DNA of 64,000 bases from Paraspadella gotoi (taxonomy: Eukaryota; Animalia; Chaetognatha). Below the pieces are notes generated by a model. It saw nothing but the letters and a program-made list of their open reading frames with translations. It did no database searches and had not been told where the DNA came from. The position numbers and the translations under genes are program-made. Of this stretch, positions 37,101 to 48,651 are shown piece by piece. Within the stretch, counting starts at the first letter, position 1. Every line of letters begins with the position of its first letter. The stretch lies in NCBI GenBank assembly GCA_051294375.1, contig CM119270.1:10870969-10934968 (forward strand), written 5' to 3'.

Positions 37101-40100
37101 CAATCCATATATATATTCACGAATAATTTGAGTTTAATGCTAATGTGGGATAGACTTAAAGACTGATATTAATAATTAATTAATGAAATAATTGTTTTTT
37201 ATAAGTGAGTTAAAAAATTAAAACCATTCTACTCTTTATTCTACTATTTAAAATTTTATTGATGAATTAAGATAAAATTTTGTTTGTGGGTAGAAAAGTG
37301 TGCAAGTAAAAGTGAGTTTTAATAGAAAAAACAAAAGTTACATTTATTTGAATTTTATTAAAAAATTTTTCTCACTCTTTATTTCTTACAAATGAAATTA
37401 ATAATTATCTAATTGTTAAGTTGATTGTTGACCAAATTATGCAAGTTGAACCAAATTATACAAGTTGACTAAGTTATTAAAAAAATTACCAAATTATCCA
37501 GTTGACCAAATTGTTAAAGTTGACCAAATTATGAAAGTTGATCAAGATTATGAAAGTTTACCAAATTATGAAGGTTAACCAAATTATGCAAATTGACTAA
37601 ATTATAACAAAAATTAACAAATTATGCCAGTTGACCAAATTGTTAAAGTTGACCAAATTATGAAAGTTGACCAAATTATGAAAGTTTACCAAGTTATGAA
37701 AGTTTACCAAATTCTAAAAGTTGACCAAATTATATCAGTTGACCAAATTATATCAGTTAACCAAATTATGTCATTTGACTAAATTATGCAAGTTGACCAA
37801 ATTATGCATATTAGTGTTGGCGCAGCTAATGGTTTATTGATTGATTAATTGAAGTGAAAAATATTATTTTTATTTTTATATTTTATTTTAATAAAAGATG
37901 AAAAAAGAAAAAAGATAGAGAAAGAGAGAGAGAGAGGGAGAGAAAGAGAGAGAGGAGAGGGAAAGAGAAATAGGAGGGAGAGAGAGCCGTTCCAAGGGGC
38001 AGGCAAATTCATCCCCCAGGGGGTGGCCCCCAGGGGAAAGGTTTTTCTAGCCCCTGGGGGATTCCCCCTGGAGTGGCCCCTTGGGGCCCAAAAAAAGAGG
38101 CTACAGGGGGCCGCCCCCAGGCAGTAAAGATTTGCTTGCCCCCTGGGGCCGCCCCGCGGGGCCACCCCGCGGGGCCGCCCCTAGCAGCGCCCCCGGGGGA
38201 GGCGATTTTGAAGGATGACATACTTGTAAGAATGACACTATCACTGGTCCTTCACAGGTCCTTCACAGGTCCTGACCCGGCCGCTCATTGAGTAATAACA
38301 TCATCTCATGATCATTAGGTACCAGGATCTATTCCCGATGGTACCTAGCCTGTGGGAAGCTAAAGGACGGCCGTAAACCGCCTTGGGGGCGTGTAAAACC
38401 CTCAAGCCTACCAAGCTCAGTTCTATGGCGTATTATCCTAAGTTCCTACAAATAGTTTTCGAATGAAATGGCGACTAAAATATTCATTTAATTTTTTTTA
38501 AAATCTCTATCATTTAAGAAAAAACTCATTTTCTATTTCTCTCGCCAGGGGTCAACCGTCACGCCGTCCTCCTTCGCGACGCTTACGCCGAGCTCCGCCG
38601 CAAGGGGCGTTGCGAGGAGTCGCAGCATAAAGACATCTTCAAGGTCAGGAAGACTCAATGTGCCCAGTTTCCACTCATCCTATGAAATCTAAATTATGCA
38701 TTATCTCCTTGAAGGAACTCTCCTGCAACTCGACACCGATGATGCTGCTAAAGATGTGGGGCATCATCCTCTCCGACGCCTTCAAGTTGGCGGAGGAGTT
38801 GGGGAAGAAAGTCACACTGAAGGAATATCAGGTGAATGCCGTAGATTTATTTATTGCTAATACTAATAAGATCAAATACACATGATTTAAAATGATTTGT
38901 ATCTAAATTGAAGAATTTTCCTATTAATTTAAATATACTTTTTTTTTCAAAACCTCAACTCTCTCTACTTTGCCTCCAAGACGGCCTGCGAACCATTCCG
39001 ATCCTTCATAGGCGCCCGGTTTCCCTTCGCCGAATCGGCTCGTCCGCTCTTCTCTTGTCTGGAGGCGATCCTCGCCGACGCCTCCGCCTTCCCAACGCCC
39101 TTCACCCTCAACGAGAACGAGTTCGAGTGGCGCTACTCGCAAATCGCCTCCAACGTCCAGGTTGGAAGCTCCTGGGATCGAGGATGGGAGGCTCTAATTT
39201 TTTTTAGCAAGGGGTGGCCAAAAAATTTAGCTTCCTTGTCATTTAACCTTTCTTACTTTATCTTAGATTGATTGATTTATCGATTAATAAATTGATTTGG
39301 ATGTGAATAATCTATTGATTTATTTGCAGATCGATGACCCGATCGATTGATTCCCCCTTCTGACTTCCCCTCCCTTCTTTAAATTTCTTTTATGTTTTTC
39401 ATATAACAATCTCGTTCTCCTCCCAAACTACCTCCCCACACTTCTTGTTCCTTTCATCCTCCACACCTCCCCTCCCTCCTTCTCAACCTTCCCGCTTCCC
39501 CCATCCTCAATCATTCCTCTTTCTCCTTTCCAATCTTCCCCTTCCCCCATCCTCAATCATTCCCCTTCCCTCCTTCTCAACCTTCCCCCATCCTAAATCA
39601 TCCCTTCTTCCCTTCTCAATCTTCCCCCTTTCCCCCTCCTCAATCATTCCCCTTCCCCCATCCTAAATCATCCCCTTCTTCCTTCTCATCTTCCCCTTTC
39701 CTTCCTCAATCATTCCCCCTCCCCCTTCTCAATATTCCCTTCCCCACTTTCCTCAATCATCCCCTTCTCCCTCCTCCTTAATCATTCCCTTCCTCCCTTC
39801 TAAATCTTCCCCCTTTCCCCTTCCTCAATCATTCCCCTTCCCTCTTCTCAATCTTCCCCCTTTCCCCACTTTTCCTTAAACATCCCCTTCCCCTCCTCAA
39901 TCATTCCATTCCTCCCTTCTCAATCTTCCTCCTCCCACAACAGGAGTTTCGCCCTCCAGAGTCCAATCTGGAGACTTGGATGAGCGCCGTCCGCTCCAAC
40001 GGGGAGGAGCGCTTCTGGAAGTTGCTCCAACTGGCCGTCAGAAAGTCGAGCAAGAAGATCTTCCCTCGACCGCCGATCTTCAGCGGACTGTTCGTTCTTC

Positions 40101-41237
40101 ACGCCACCACCAATCACTCCTGCAATCACAACTGCAAAGTCACTTCTGTGATTCAGGTGATAGAAAAGTTACCAAGTGTAGTAGTATTTTATACCCAGCT
40201 ACTCGTCGCGTAATCGTCATGAAAAATTTGACATTCACGGTCCTAGAACGTTAATCAAAACGAAAGAAACAAAACAAACAAAACAAACAAAACAAACAAA
40301 ACAAACACAACAAACAAAAAAAAACAAAACAAATAAAAGAAACAAAACAAACAAAAAAATAAAAGAAACAAAAAAGCAAAAGAAACAAAACAAACAAAAC
40401 AAACAAACAAATCAAAACAAACAAACCAAACCAAACAAACAAAAGAAACAAAAGAAATAAAAGAAACAAAAGAAACAAAAGAAATAAAACAAACAAAACA
40501 AACAAAACAAACAAAACAAACAAAACAAACAAAACTAACCAAACCTTAACCCGCAGCCCAACGGTCGCGTGGCCGTTGACGTCGTCGCCCTGCGTCGCAT
40601 ATCCGTGGGCGAGGAACTCTGCATTCGTTACGCGGACGTGACTCTCCCGCGCAAGGAGAGGCGCGACTATCTCTACAAGGGCTGGGGATTCTGGTGCATG
40701 TGCGAAAAGTGCAAATACGAAGGTGAGGATCTGGGATAACGGGAAAAGAAAAGCAAATGTAAGAAGAAAGTGAAAAATTTGAAAGACATTGGTCACTTGA
40801 GAGAGTAAATAACTTACCCTTTGATATGGAACAATCGAAATGCAATTATTTTGGCTCTGTTTTTGTTTTTTTGTTTTTTTTCAGGAGACGATCAAAACAT
40901 CTGCATTCACTGCCTGAAAGTGGCGGAGCAAGAGGAAAACTTTCTGGCGTGTGGCAGGTGCGTGGGCAAGGGGGAAATAGATATAAATAAAATATAAATA
41001 CGCATACTCGCATACGAATAAAGATAAATTATTGAGTGAATAATCGCCTATGTTGTATGTATTGTATTTTGCTTTGTTCTTCCCAGATGCAAACGCGCAT
41101 GGTACTGCGGGAAGGAATGCCAACGAAAGAGCTGGAACGACGGGCACAAAAGCGTCTGTCAGAATTCAATGGCGAAAGGCATTACAACAACAACAACAAC
41201 AACAACATCTGCAACAAATACATCCGAAGTTGATTAA
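34115..41237 (+). CDS. SET and MYND domain lysine methyltransferase, SMYD5-like, with an additional C-terminal MYND finger; 15 exons, 694 aa
   Basis: All introns are GT-AG and all phases match: 34115-34176, 34309-34375, 34480-34837, 35021-35101, 35303-35449, 35554-35674 (KFRGLYAKKKLEEGESVVVEEP, SET-N), 36001-36130 (CNFC), 36232-36355 (CSTC..FCSDECRRGYWEKHHRYLCP, MYND), 38549-38643, 38715-38831, 38981-39160, 39944-40156 (SGLFVLHATTNHSC), 40557-40722 (ALRRISVGEELCIRY..WGFWCMCEKC), 40885-40957 (CIHC..ACG), 41087-41237 (RCKRAWYCGKECQRKSWNDGHKSVC..TAA). The first three exons rest on phase consistency only. Confidence 0.92.
36417..38220. mobile_element. Foldback-like non-autonomous DNA transposon in SMYD intron 8, TA-flanked
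   Basis: ta|tgtcatc..caaa at the left end and tttg..gatgaca|ta at the right. Both ~230-bp GC-rich arms carry CCCC(N1-2)GGGG palindromes. CT and AG tracts are mirrored (36720-36870 vs 37900-37985). The core is AT-rich with a satellite and has no ORF. Confidence 0.75.
37427..37809. repeat. 18-bp minisatellite (gttgaccaaattatgMaa), ~21 units
   Basis: Head-to-tail units with no spacers, and a repeated higher-order block. Confidence 0.92.
39470..39930. repeat. Pyrimidine-rich ~21-bp minisatellite (cctcaatcattccccttcc) ending at the exon 12 acceptor
   Basis: About 20 diverged tandem units; the minus strand is rich in G tracts. Confidence 0.85.
40262..40545. repeat. (CAAAACAAA)n / (AAAGAAACA)n 9-mer low-complexity tract
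   Basis: Directly visible; fills most of SMYD intron 12. Confidence 0.9.
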
Positions 41238-41259
41238 TACAAACTTTCGCCCTATTTTT

Positions 41260-41485
41260 CCCAAAGCGCCCGGAATTAAGATAGTTTTTTAGATTTAAAG
41301 GGATTAGGTTTGAGGTTAGAGTAAGAACTTAGGTTCTGGATTTGGTTAGTGATTAAGGTTAGGAATTACGGTTAGTGAATAAGGTTAGGAAAATTAAGGT
41401 AGGGAATAAGTTTACGGTTTGGGGAAAGGGTAAGGTAGAAAAATTAAGTTTAGGGATGAAGCAATACAACTGGGACGCTTTTATT
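41260..41485. repeat. Degenerate telomere-like (TTAGG/GGTTAG) tract bounded by short inverted repeats; possible MITE relic
   Basis: aaagcgcccgg ... ctgggacgcttt flank ggattaggtttgaggttag..taaggttagg..tttaggg, immediately 3' of the SMYD stop codon. Confidence 0.4.
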
Positions 41486-42792
41486 TGTTGTATCAAAATC
41501 GAAAGATTCAATTGTCCCATTGGATCTCCGAGAATCTATGTCCGTCCTTGTCTTTGCTTCCGTTTCTGTCAATTTTCTTGCAGTCATTGCCGCTGATGAA
41601 AACTTGGAAATAAACCGTTGTCGCTGATTTTAGCAGCGACAGATTTGCATTTTTTTATGTATAATTATTTGACTCCAGATTAGTTAGAAAACATTTAGGT
41701 ATTTCTTAACAATCAAGATTTTTTCTTTTGAATTTTATTATTAACATGATTCGCTCGCGTATTCTAGTAATTATAAAGGTCACAGTCGGTTTAAATTTCA
41801 ATCTTAACAAATACATATGGTTCGAGATCTTTTGTTAAAATAATCTAATGAAGCGAAACGCACTCTTTAAACAAAATTTTGCCTCAAGTAAAAGAAATCG
41901 GAAACAAAAGACCACTCATTTTTCTTTGCCTCGAATGGTAGGTTCCGGATGTTCTTTTTAAAAGTAATCACATATCTAAATGTAACGCCTAACTAACCAT
42001 CTCTCACACGTCCATTCATTCGTCTTTTTTGTCTGTCTGTACTGACTGTAGTCGTCTCGAGTTTCTGTACCATAAATGTTTTCTTCACAAACGAGTATGA
42101 AAACTCTCTAGTCTCTTCGAGGTAAAAATTTAAAAGAGACAAACCATACATTTTCCGAGTTTTAATGGGGGGGGAGAAGAATAGAGTAAATAAAAGCACG
42201 AAAGGATTTAATTCTTCTCTGAGTCCACAAAGTACTGAGTCGCACTTACCCCAACTCTTCTTCTTTATTCTTTCACCTACTTTTCTCATCCCTTCTCACC
42301 TTTCGCGCCACGCTTTTGCGGTTTCTTTCGTTTGTCCAAAACTTTTAATACAAATTATATCGTCCTAAGTTTTTTTTTATTTTTGTTTTATTTCTTAAAA
42401 TTGAATAAGAACCAGGAAAAGAGACTATCGAGTGTGGTCCAAGAATAAATATTCATTTTACCTCAAATTGGATTTAAAATGATAATAATTTCCATTGTTT
42501 GAAGAGAATACATTTGAAATTTTAACAGAACGACTTTTACGTAAAATCGACATACAAAAATATACTTAGTATTTGTACTTGCTTGACCAATCTTAAGAAA
42601 ACCTTTTTCATTCTCCGTATTGTTCTTCTCTTTTCTCGATATTCTCACACTTTTCTCCTTTTCTCATCCTCCTGCCTCTTTTTCCTTCTTCTTTCATAAT
42701 TTTTTTCGCTTTTCTCATCTACTCTTCCTCTCTTCTCCTCTATCCCTTTTTCTAACTTTGACTGTCAATTTCTAATCTCTCTTTTCTATTTT

Positions 42793-42828
<36 letters not shown>

Positions 42829-43251
42829 NNNNNNNNNNNNNNNNNNNNNNNNNNNNNNNNNNNNNNNNNNNNNNNNNNNNNNNNNNNNNNNNNNNNNNNN
42901 NNNNNNNNNNNNNNNNNNNNNNNCTCTCTCTCTCTCTCTCTCTCTCTCCCGAACCCGGTGCCCAGCTCGCACCACGAGTCGAATCTCTGTTCGCCGTCGT
43001 CGACGCCGTCGTCGTCATCGACGTCGTCGCCGTCATCGTCGTCGTTACACCGGAGACTCTCGATTGAAGGAAAGAAGAAGAAAATAAAAAAGTAAAAAGT
43101 CGGAAAAGATAATGAGGAAGAAGAGGAGGAGAAAGGGGACGGAGGAGGAAGAGAAAAAAACATAAGGTTAGAAGAAAACAAAGAGAACGGGAGGCCGTAC
43201 GGAGGAATAGAGAAAGAACGTGTCTCCCCATTTAAAGGATTTTCCGGAAAT

Positions 43252-43282
<31 letters not shown>

Positions 43283-43317
43283 GAGAGAGAGAGAGGGAGA
43301 GAGAGAGAAGAGAGAGA

Positions 43318-43365
<48 letters not shown>

Positions 43366-46300
43366 CAGAGAGAAGAGAGAGAAGAATAGAGGGGAGAAAG
43401 ATAAAGCAAGGTAAAGGAAAAAGTAAGTGGTTTGTTGAGGACCGAAGAAGGAGAAAGAGAAGATACTATAAAGAAAAATAAAATATTGAATATTTAAAGA
43501 AAAGAAAAGATTTAACAAGAAATTCCGAAGATCGATTCCGTTCGTCGGCCGATTGTTTGTCGTTCGTTTAGAGTGTCGGTTTGTCGGTCAAAAGCGATTA
43601 GTCGCCAATTTCCGGACCGCTTCAAAATTCTAGTACGGAGTACTTCCTGTAGAAATAACAAATTAAGACTCAGAAGGAAAATCTCAATTTATTGTTTGAT
43701 TTCGTTCACAATTCGGAAAGGTTTTTTTTTTCTTTTTTTTTTTAAGCTGCGTATTTTTTTCTCATTGCTCTTCTTGTGCTTTTCAGTTTCAAAGCCTCTC
43801 ATTGATTGTGTCATTCACTTCGAAGCCTTCATTGACTTCCAACGCTTCATTGCTCTAATCTTAACCCATGAGTTTTTCCATTGTGTTTATGTACTTTGCT
43901 CGTTTCTGCCGATCGCGATCGAGTTCAAAGGCCTTCAACCTTCGGCGCCCAGAAACGCCAAGAACATTNNNNNNNNNNNNNNNNNNNNNNNNNNNNNNNN
44001 NNNNNNNNNNNNNNNNNNNNNNNNNNNNNNNNNNNNNNNNNNNNNNNNNNNNNNNNNNNNNNNNNNNNNNNNNNNNNNNNNNNNNNNNNNNNNNNNNNNN
44101 NNNNNNNNNNNNNNNNNNNNNNNNNNNNNNNNNNNNNNNNNNNNNNNNNNNNNNNNNNNNNNNNNNNNNNNNNNNNNNNNNNNNNNNNNNNNNNNNNNNN
44201 NNNCTCGGTTTTCGTCGGCGAAAACTTTAAACATCAAAATAGATAAATAAATAAATAAATAAATAAAAAAAACCAGATTCATACAAACCTCTTTAATAAA
44301 CAAGGTCTTTGCGAAAAACTATTTTTTTGTTTATTTTGAATTGAATTGAATTGAATTGAATGCCCCATTTTTTTATCCCACTTTCATCCCCGAAGCAAAT
44401 CTGCTTTAAAAAGATATTTATTTTAATTAACTTGTTTCTAGTTCTTTGAAACCAATATTTCTTAAAAGTTAATCTACAGTATTATTTACCTTTACACTTA
44501 TACTTACTCTCTCTTACCCATATATAATTTTTCATACGTCTTCAAATGTCGTCTTTAACTCATTATTTATACGTGATTAGACAAACGTAATTGTTTATAT
44601 TTAATTACTTCACAAGAGAATGAAAGATCGGTTGAAAACTGTTTAAAAAAATTAGTATATATCATAGGCTACACAAAAAAATTAATGCTCAATCTAAAAA
44701 GATGAAATAGAAAAGAAAAGAAAAAATATGAATTTGAAAAATCCTCACGTTTTCTCTCTCGATGTTCATGAGGTTCGTGTTTATGTTATGATANNNNNNN
44801 NNNNNNNNNNNNNNNNNNNNNNNNNNNNNNNNNNNNNNNNNNNNNNNNNNNNNNNNNNNNNNNNNNNNNNNNNNNNNNNNNNNNNNNNNNNNNNNNNNNN
44901 NNNNNNNNNNNNNNNNNNNNNNNNNNNNNNNNNNNNNNNNNNNNNNNNNNNNNNNNNNNNNNNNNNNNNNNNNNNNNNNNNNNNNNNNNAACTTCCAGAA
45001 TCTCACGTAAGTGACGAGAAACAATCCAGCGTATTTGACGTCAAAGAACTATTATATGACTAGTAAATGGAAATAACTTCATGTCACAATGACATGGAAC
45101 GACAGCACCGAAAAGGTCAACGAGACAAAGAGGCTGGATATGAGATTAAAAAAATAAGAAAGGAGAAAAGCTAAAGGCGGGAGAAAGAGAGAGGGATAGA
45201 NNNNNNNNNNNNNNNNNNNNNNNNNNNNNNNNNNNNNNNNNNNNNNNNNNNNNNNNNNNNNNNNNNNNNNNNNNNNNNNNNNNNNNNNNNNNNNNNNNNN
45301 NNNNNNNNNNNNNNNNNNNNNNNNNNNNNNNNNNNNNNNNNNNNNNNNNNNNNNNNNNNNNNNNNNNNNNNNNNNNNNNNNNNNNNNNNNNNNNCCGCGT
45401 GCCAAATTGTTGAAGAGTTTCAATGATGAGTTTCTCTTTTTTTCGTTGCTCTTTTGTTGATTCTTTTGTTGATGTCGTTCGAAAAAGGAAAACAAAAGAT
45501 CGTAAAAAAGACATCAATCATGGGAATCTCGCCGTGAGGGGGCGGAGAGGGGGAACTTCGCCGTTAGGGGGGGCGTCGTTGTCTCGGGGAGAGGAAGGGG
45601 CTTTCGTCCTTATAGTCCAAATCGCGTTAAGGAAATGGATAGATACTGGATAGATGTATGCATGTTAACCAAGATTAGATTGCGTTCAAATTAAGATTAC
45701 CTTAAAAATAAGGACCATAACATAACAACCAAGGCATAANNNNNNNNNNGTTCAAATTAAGATTATCTTAAAAATAAGGACCATAACATAACAAATAAGG
45801 CATAAGGTCAGGCTAATCGGTATTAAAGAGGTTAAGTAGCCGCTGAGATTGGCAGAGATGAGGGTGTTTGTCCTTAANNNNNNNNNNNNNNNNNNNNNNN
45901 NNNNNNNNNNNNNNNNNNNNNNNNNNNNNNNNNNNNNNNNNNNNNNNNNNNNNNNNNNNNNNNNNNNNNNNNNNNNNNNNNNNNNNNNNNNNNNNNNNNN
46001 NNNNNNNNNNNNNNNNNNNNNNNNNNNNNNNNNNNNNNNNNNNNNNNNNNNNNNNNNNNNNNNNNNNNNNNNNNNNNNNNNNNNNNNNNNNNNNNNNNNN
46101 NNNNNNNNNNNNNNNNNNNNNNNNNNNNNNNNNNNNNNNNNNNNNNNNNNNNNNNNNNNNNNNNNNNNNNNNNNNNNNNNNNNNNNNNNNNNNNNNNNNN
46201 NNNNNNNNNNNNNNNNNNNNNNNNNCAAGGTGAAATGGAACGAAAATTTGAATTAAAATACAAATTAAATGAACTAATGGAGAAAAAAATTGAATTTAAA

Positions 46301-48000
46301 AAAAGAAATTTCAGAGAGTTCAGTTATTTGAATCGTAAAAACCTAGGTTATAATTTGATTTATAAAAGTTTTTACACACTTAAGCTTTCGTTATCATGAA
46401 TGATTTCTTATCCATCAAGTCTTCGCTTTTTCATCGAAAAAGAAAAAAAAAGAAAAACGAATGTACTGACCTCAAAAAAAAANNNNNNNNNNNNNNNNNN
46501 NNNNNNNNNNNNNNNNNNNNNNNNNNNNNNNNNNNNNNNNNNNNNNNNNNNNNNNNNNNNNNNNNNNNNNNNNNNNNNNNNNNNNNNNNNNNNNNNNNNN
46601 NNNNNNNNNNNNNNNNNNNNNNNNNNNNNNNNNNNNNNNNNNNNNNNNNNNNNNNNNNNNNNNNNNNNNNNNNNNNNNNNNNNNNNNNNNNNAAAAAAAC
46701 GATCTCAAAATCTTTGAAAAAAAAACGAAAGATAAGAAGTAAAATCTGAAGAAAATCGGAGCTCGTTTTGACTCAAGAATCTTCTCTCTCTCTCTCTCTC
46801 NNNNNNNNNNNNNNNNNNNNNNNNNNNNNNNNNNNNNNNNNNNNNNNNNNNNNNNNNNNNNNNNNNNNNNNNNNNNNNNNNNNNNNNNNNNNNNNNNNNN
46901 NNNNNNNNNNNNNNNNNNNNNNNNNNNNNNNNNNNNNNNNNNNNNNNNNNNNNNNNNNNNNNNNNNNNNNNNNNNNNNNNNNNNNNNNNNNNNNNNNNNN
47001 NNNNNTCTCTCTCTCTCTCTCTCTCTCTCGCTCTCTCTCTCTCATCTCTCTACATTATCCCGATTTTTTCGCCCGTTAGAGACTCGGTCTTCTCGAGTGA
47101 CTTTTCGCCAAAAAATCTGACCAGTCGATTCCTGAATTTTTTTCTCCTTTTCGGTGAACCGAAAGTCACGTGACTGGAGCCTCGAACTTCGGGTGATTTA
47201 CAATGAATCACTGCCGGTGACGGAGTGCCTTTCGATGCAGTAAAGATCGATAGTTATTGAGTCATTTGAGAGGGTGACAATGTGAAGATACCAATAGGAA
47301 TATATTACAAAATAAAATAAGACTGAAGTATTAATGAAACTTGACCGGGTTAGTTTGATTTAGACTTTCAATTTCTGTTTTTTAATCTTCGGAGGTTTAT
47401 CTAATTTTTATTCATAAAACTTGTAATAAACCTTATTTTTGTTAAAATGCCAAAGAGTTTGTCATAATGTATCTGAATCTGTAATTAAATTTATACATTT
47501 ACAATTATTNNNNNNNNNNNNNNNNNNNNNNNNNNNNNNNNNNNNNNNNNNNNNNNNNNNNNNNNNNNNNNNNNNNNNNNNNNNNNNNNNNNNNNNNNNN
47601 NNNNNNNNNNNNNNNNNNNNNNNNNNNNNNNNNNNNNNNNNNNNNNNNNNNNNNNNNNNNNNNNNNNNNNNNNGAGAGAGAGAGATCAGTGGTAAGAAAG
47701 GCATAAAATTTATCATCGTTTTCGTCTGCAGACTTTACGGTCATTTGTCAAGACGAGCCGTTTATCAAGCTTTCACTTGGTCACATTTGCCGTTCTTAGC
47801 TTGCATTATGTTAAGTTTTTTAATCATGATTGTATGTATCTTTAGTTGCATTTTCCGAATTGCATTTTTTTAGTTTTTTAGTTATCAAAGATTGTACCTC
47901 GTTAAATTTTTAATCTCGACTCGAGTACTTGCGGAGCAACTCTAAAATTGCTTGTCTGGAGGTAGATTTAATTAGATCGGTCTGTCTGTCAGTCTTTCTG

Positions 48001-48057
<57 letters not shown>

Positions 48058-48082
48058 GTATGTATGTGTCTATCTATCTATC
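48001..48082. repeat. (TCTA)n microsatellite
   Basis: About 14 perfect units plus variants. Confidence 0.95.
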
Positions 48083-48194
48083 TCATTATGTTTTAAATTA
48101 TCATAACTTTATTATTTTAGTTAATACTCATTAGCAGGATCGTGATATGTTTTATGTTTTATGTTTTATATTTTATGTTTTATGTTTTATTCTA

Positions 48195-48500
48195 TAAAAT
48201 CAAAATTTAGCATATAGAACATGAAAATAAAAACCAATAAAAATATTTTGGTAAATTTATGTTTTAATGTTTTACTTTAGTGGGTACCAGTGTGCTATAT
48301 TTATACATAGTAATAAGTAATATTAAGTATATAACAGGCTAAAATTTCAAAATGCAAATTTTAAAATTTTAAGATCGGATTTGGATTCCTTGCAAAAAGT
48401 TGATTTAGGAAAGTGTAAATCTTTTTTAAAAATTATTTTATTAAGTTGGTCAAAAATATAAAAAAACTATATTTATGACGCCGATTTTCAATTTTCAACT
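48195..48500. mobile_element. Truncated member of the TA-flanked MITE family
   Basis: Close match to 22490-22785 (tttagcatata..catgaaaataaaaacca..tagtgggtaccagtg..tttaagatcggatttgga). Terminal repeats are absent. Confidence 0.75.
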
Positions 48501-48597
48501 AATAGACATTGTCTCAATCTCTCTTTTCGTTGTGTAGATTGAATTAAATGACAAACAGTTTTAAAGGCGAAAAATACCGATTTATTTAGTATTAGTA

Positions 48598-48651
48598 CAT
48601 CGGGCATGTTTCGACTCTTATTTTTGCGAGTCTTCATCAACATCTCCAATG
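48598..48651 (-). ncRNA. Degenerate minimal type-I hammerhead ribozyme motif (Penelope-like element relic)
   Basis: The minus strand reads tTGATGAa-gactc-loop-gagtc-GAAA-catg-cc, followed by aataaa. Stem II is perfect and stem III is the palindrome catg. The core C of CUGAUGA and the U of the NUH site are substituted. Confidence 0.45.

Noticed and set aside
37427-37809. Regular 18-bp repeats as a CRISPR-like array
   Set aside because: Units are contiguous with no unique spacers, there are no cas genes, and the context is a eukaryotic intron.
45687-45805. ~50-bp direct repeat around a 10-N gap
   Set aside because: Typical overlapping contig ends rather than a biological repeat.
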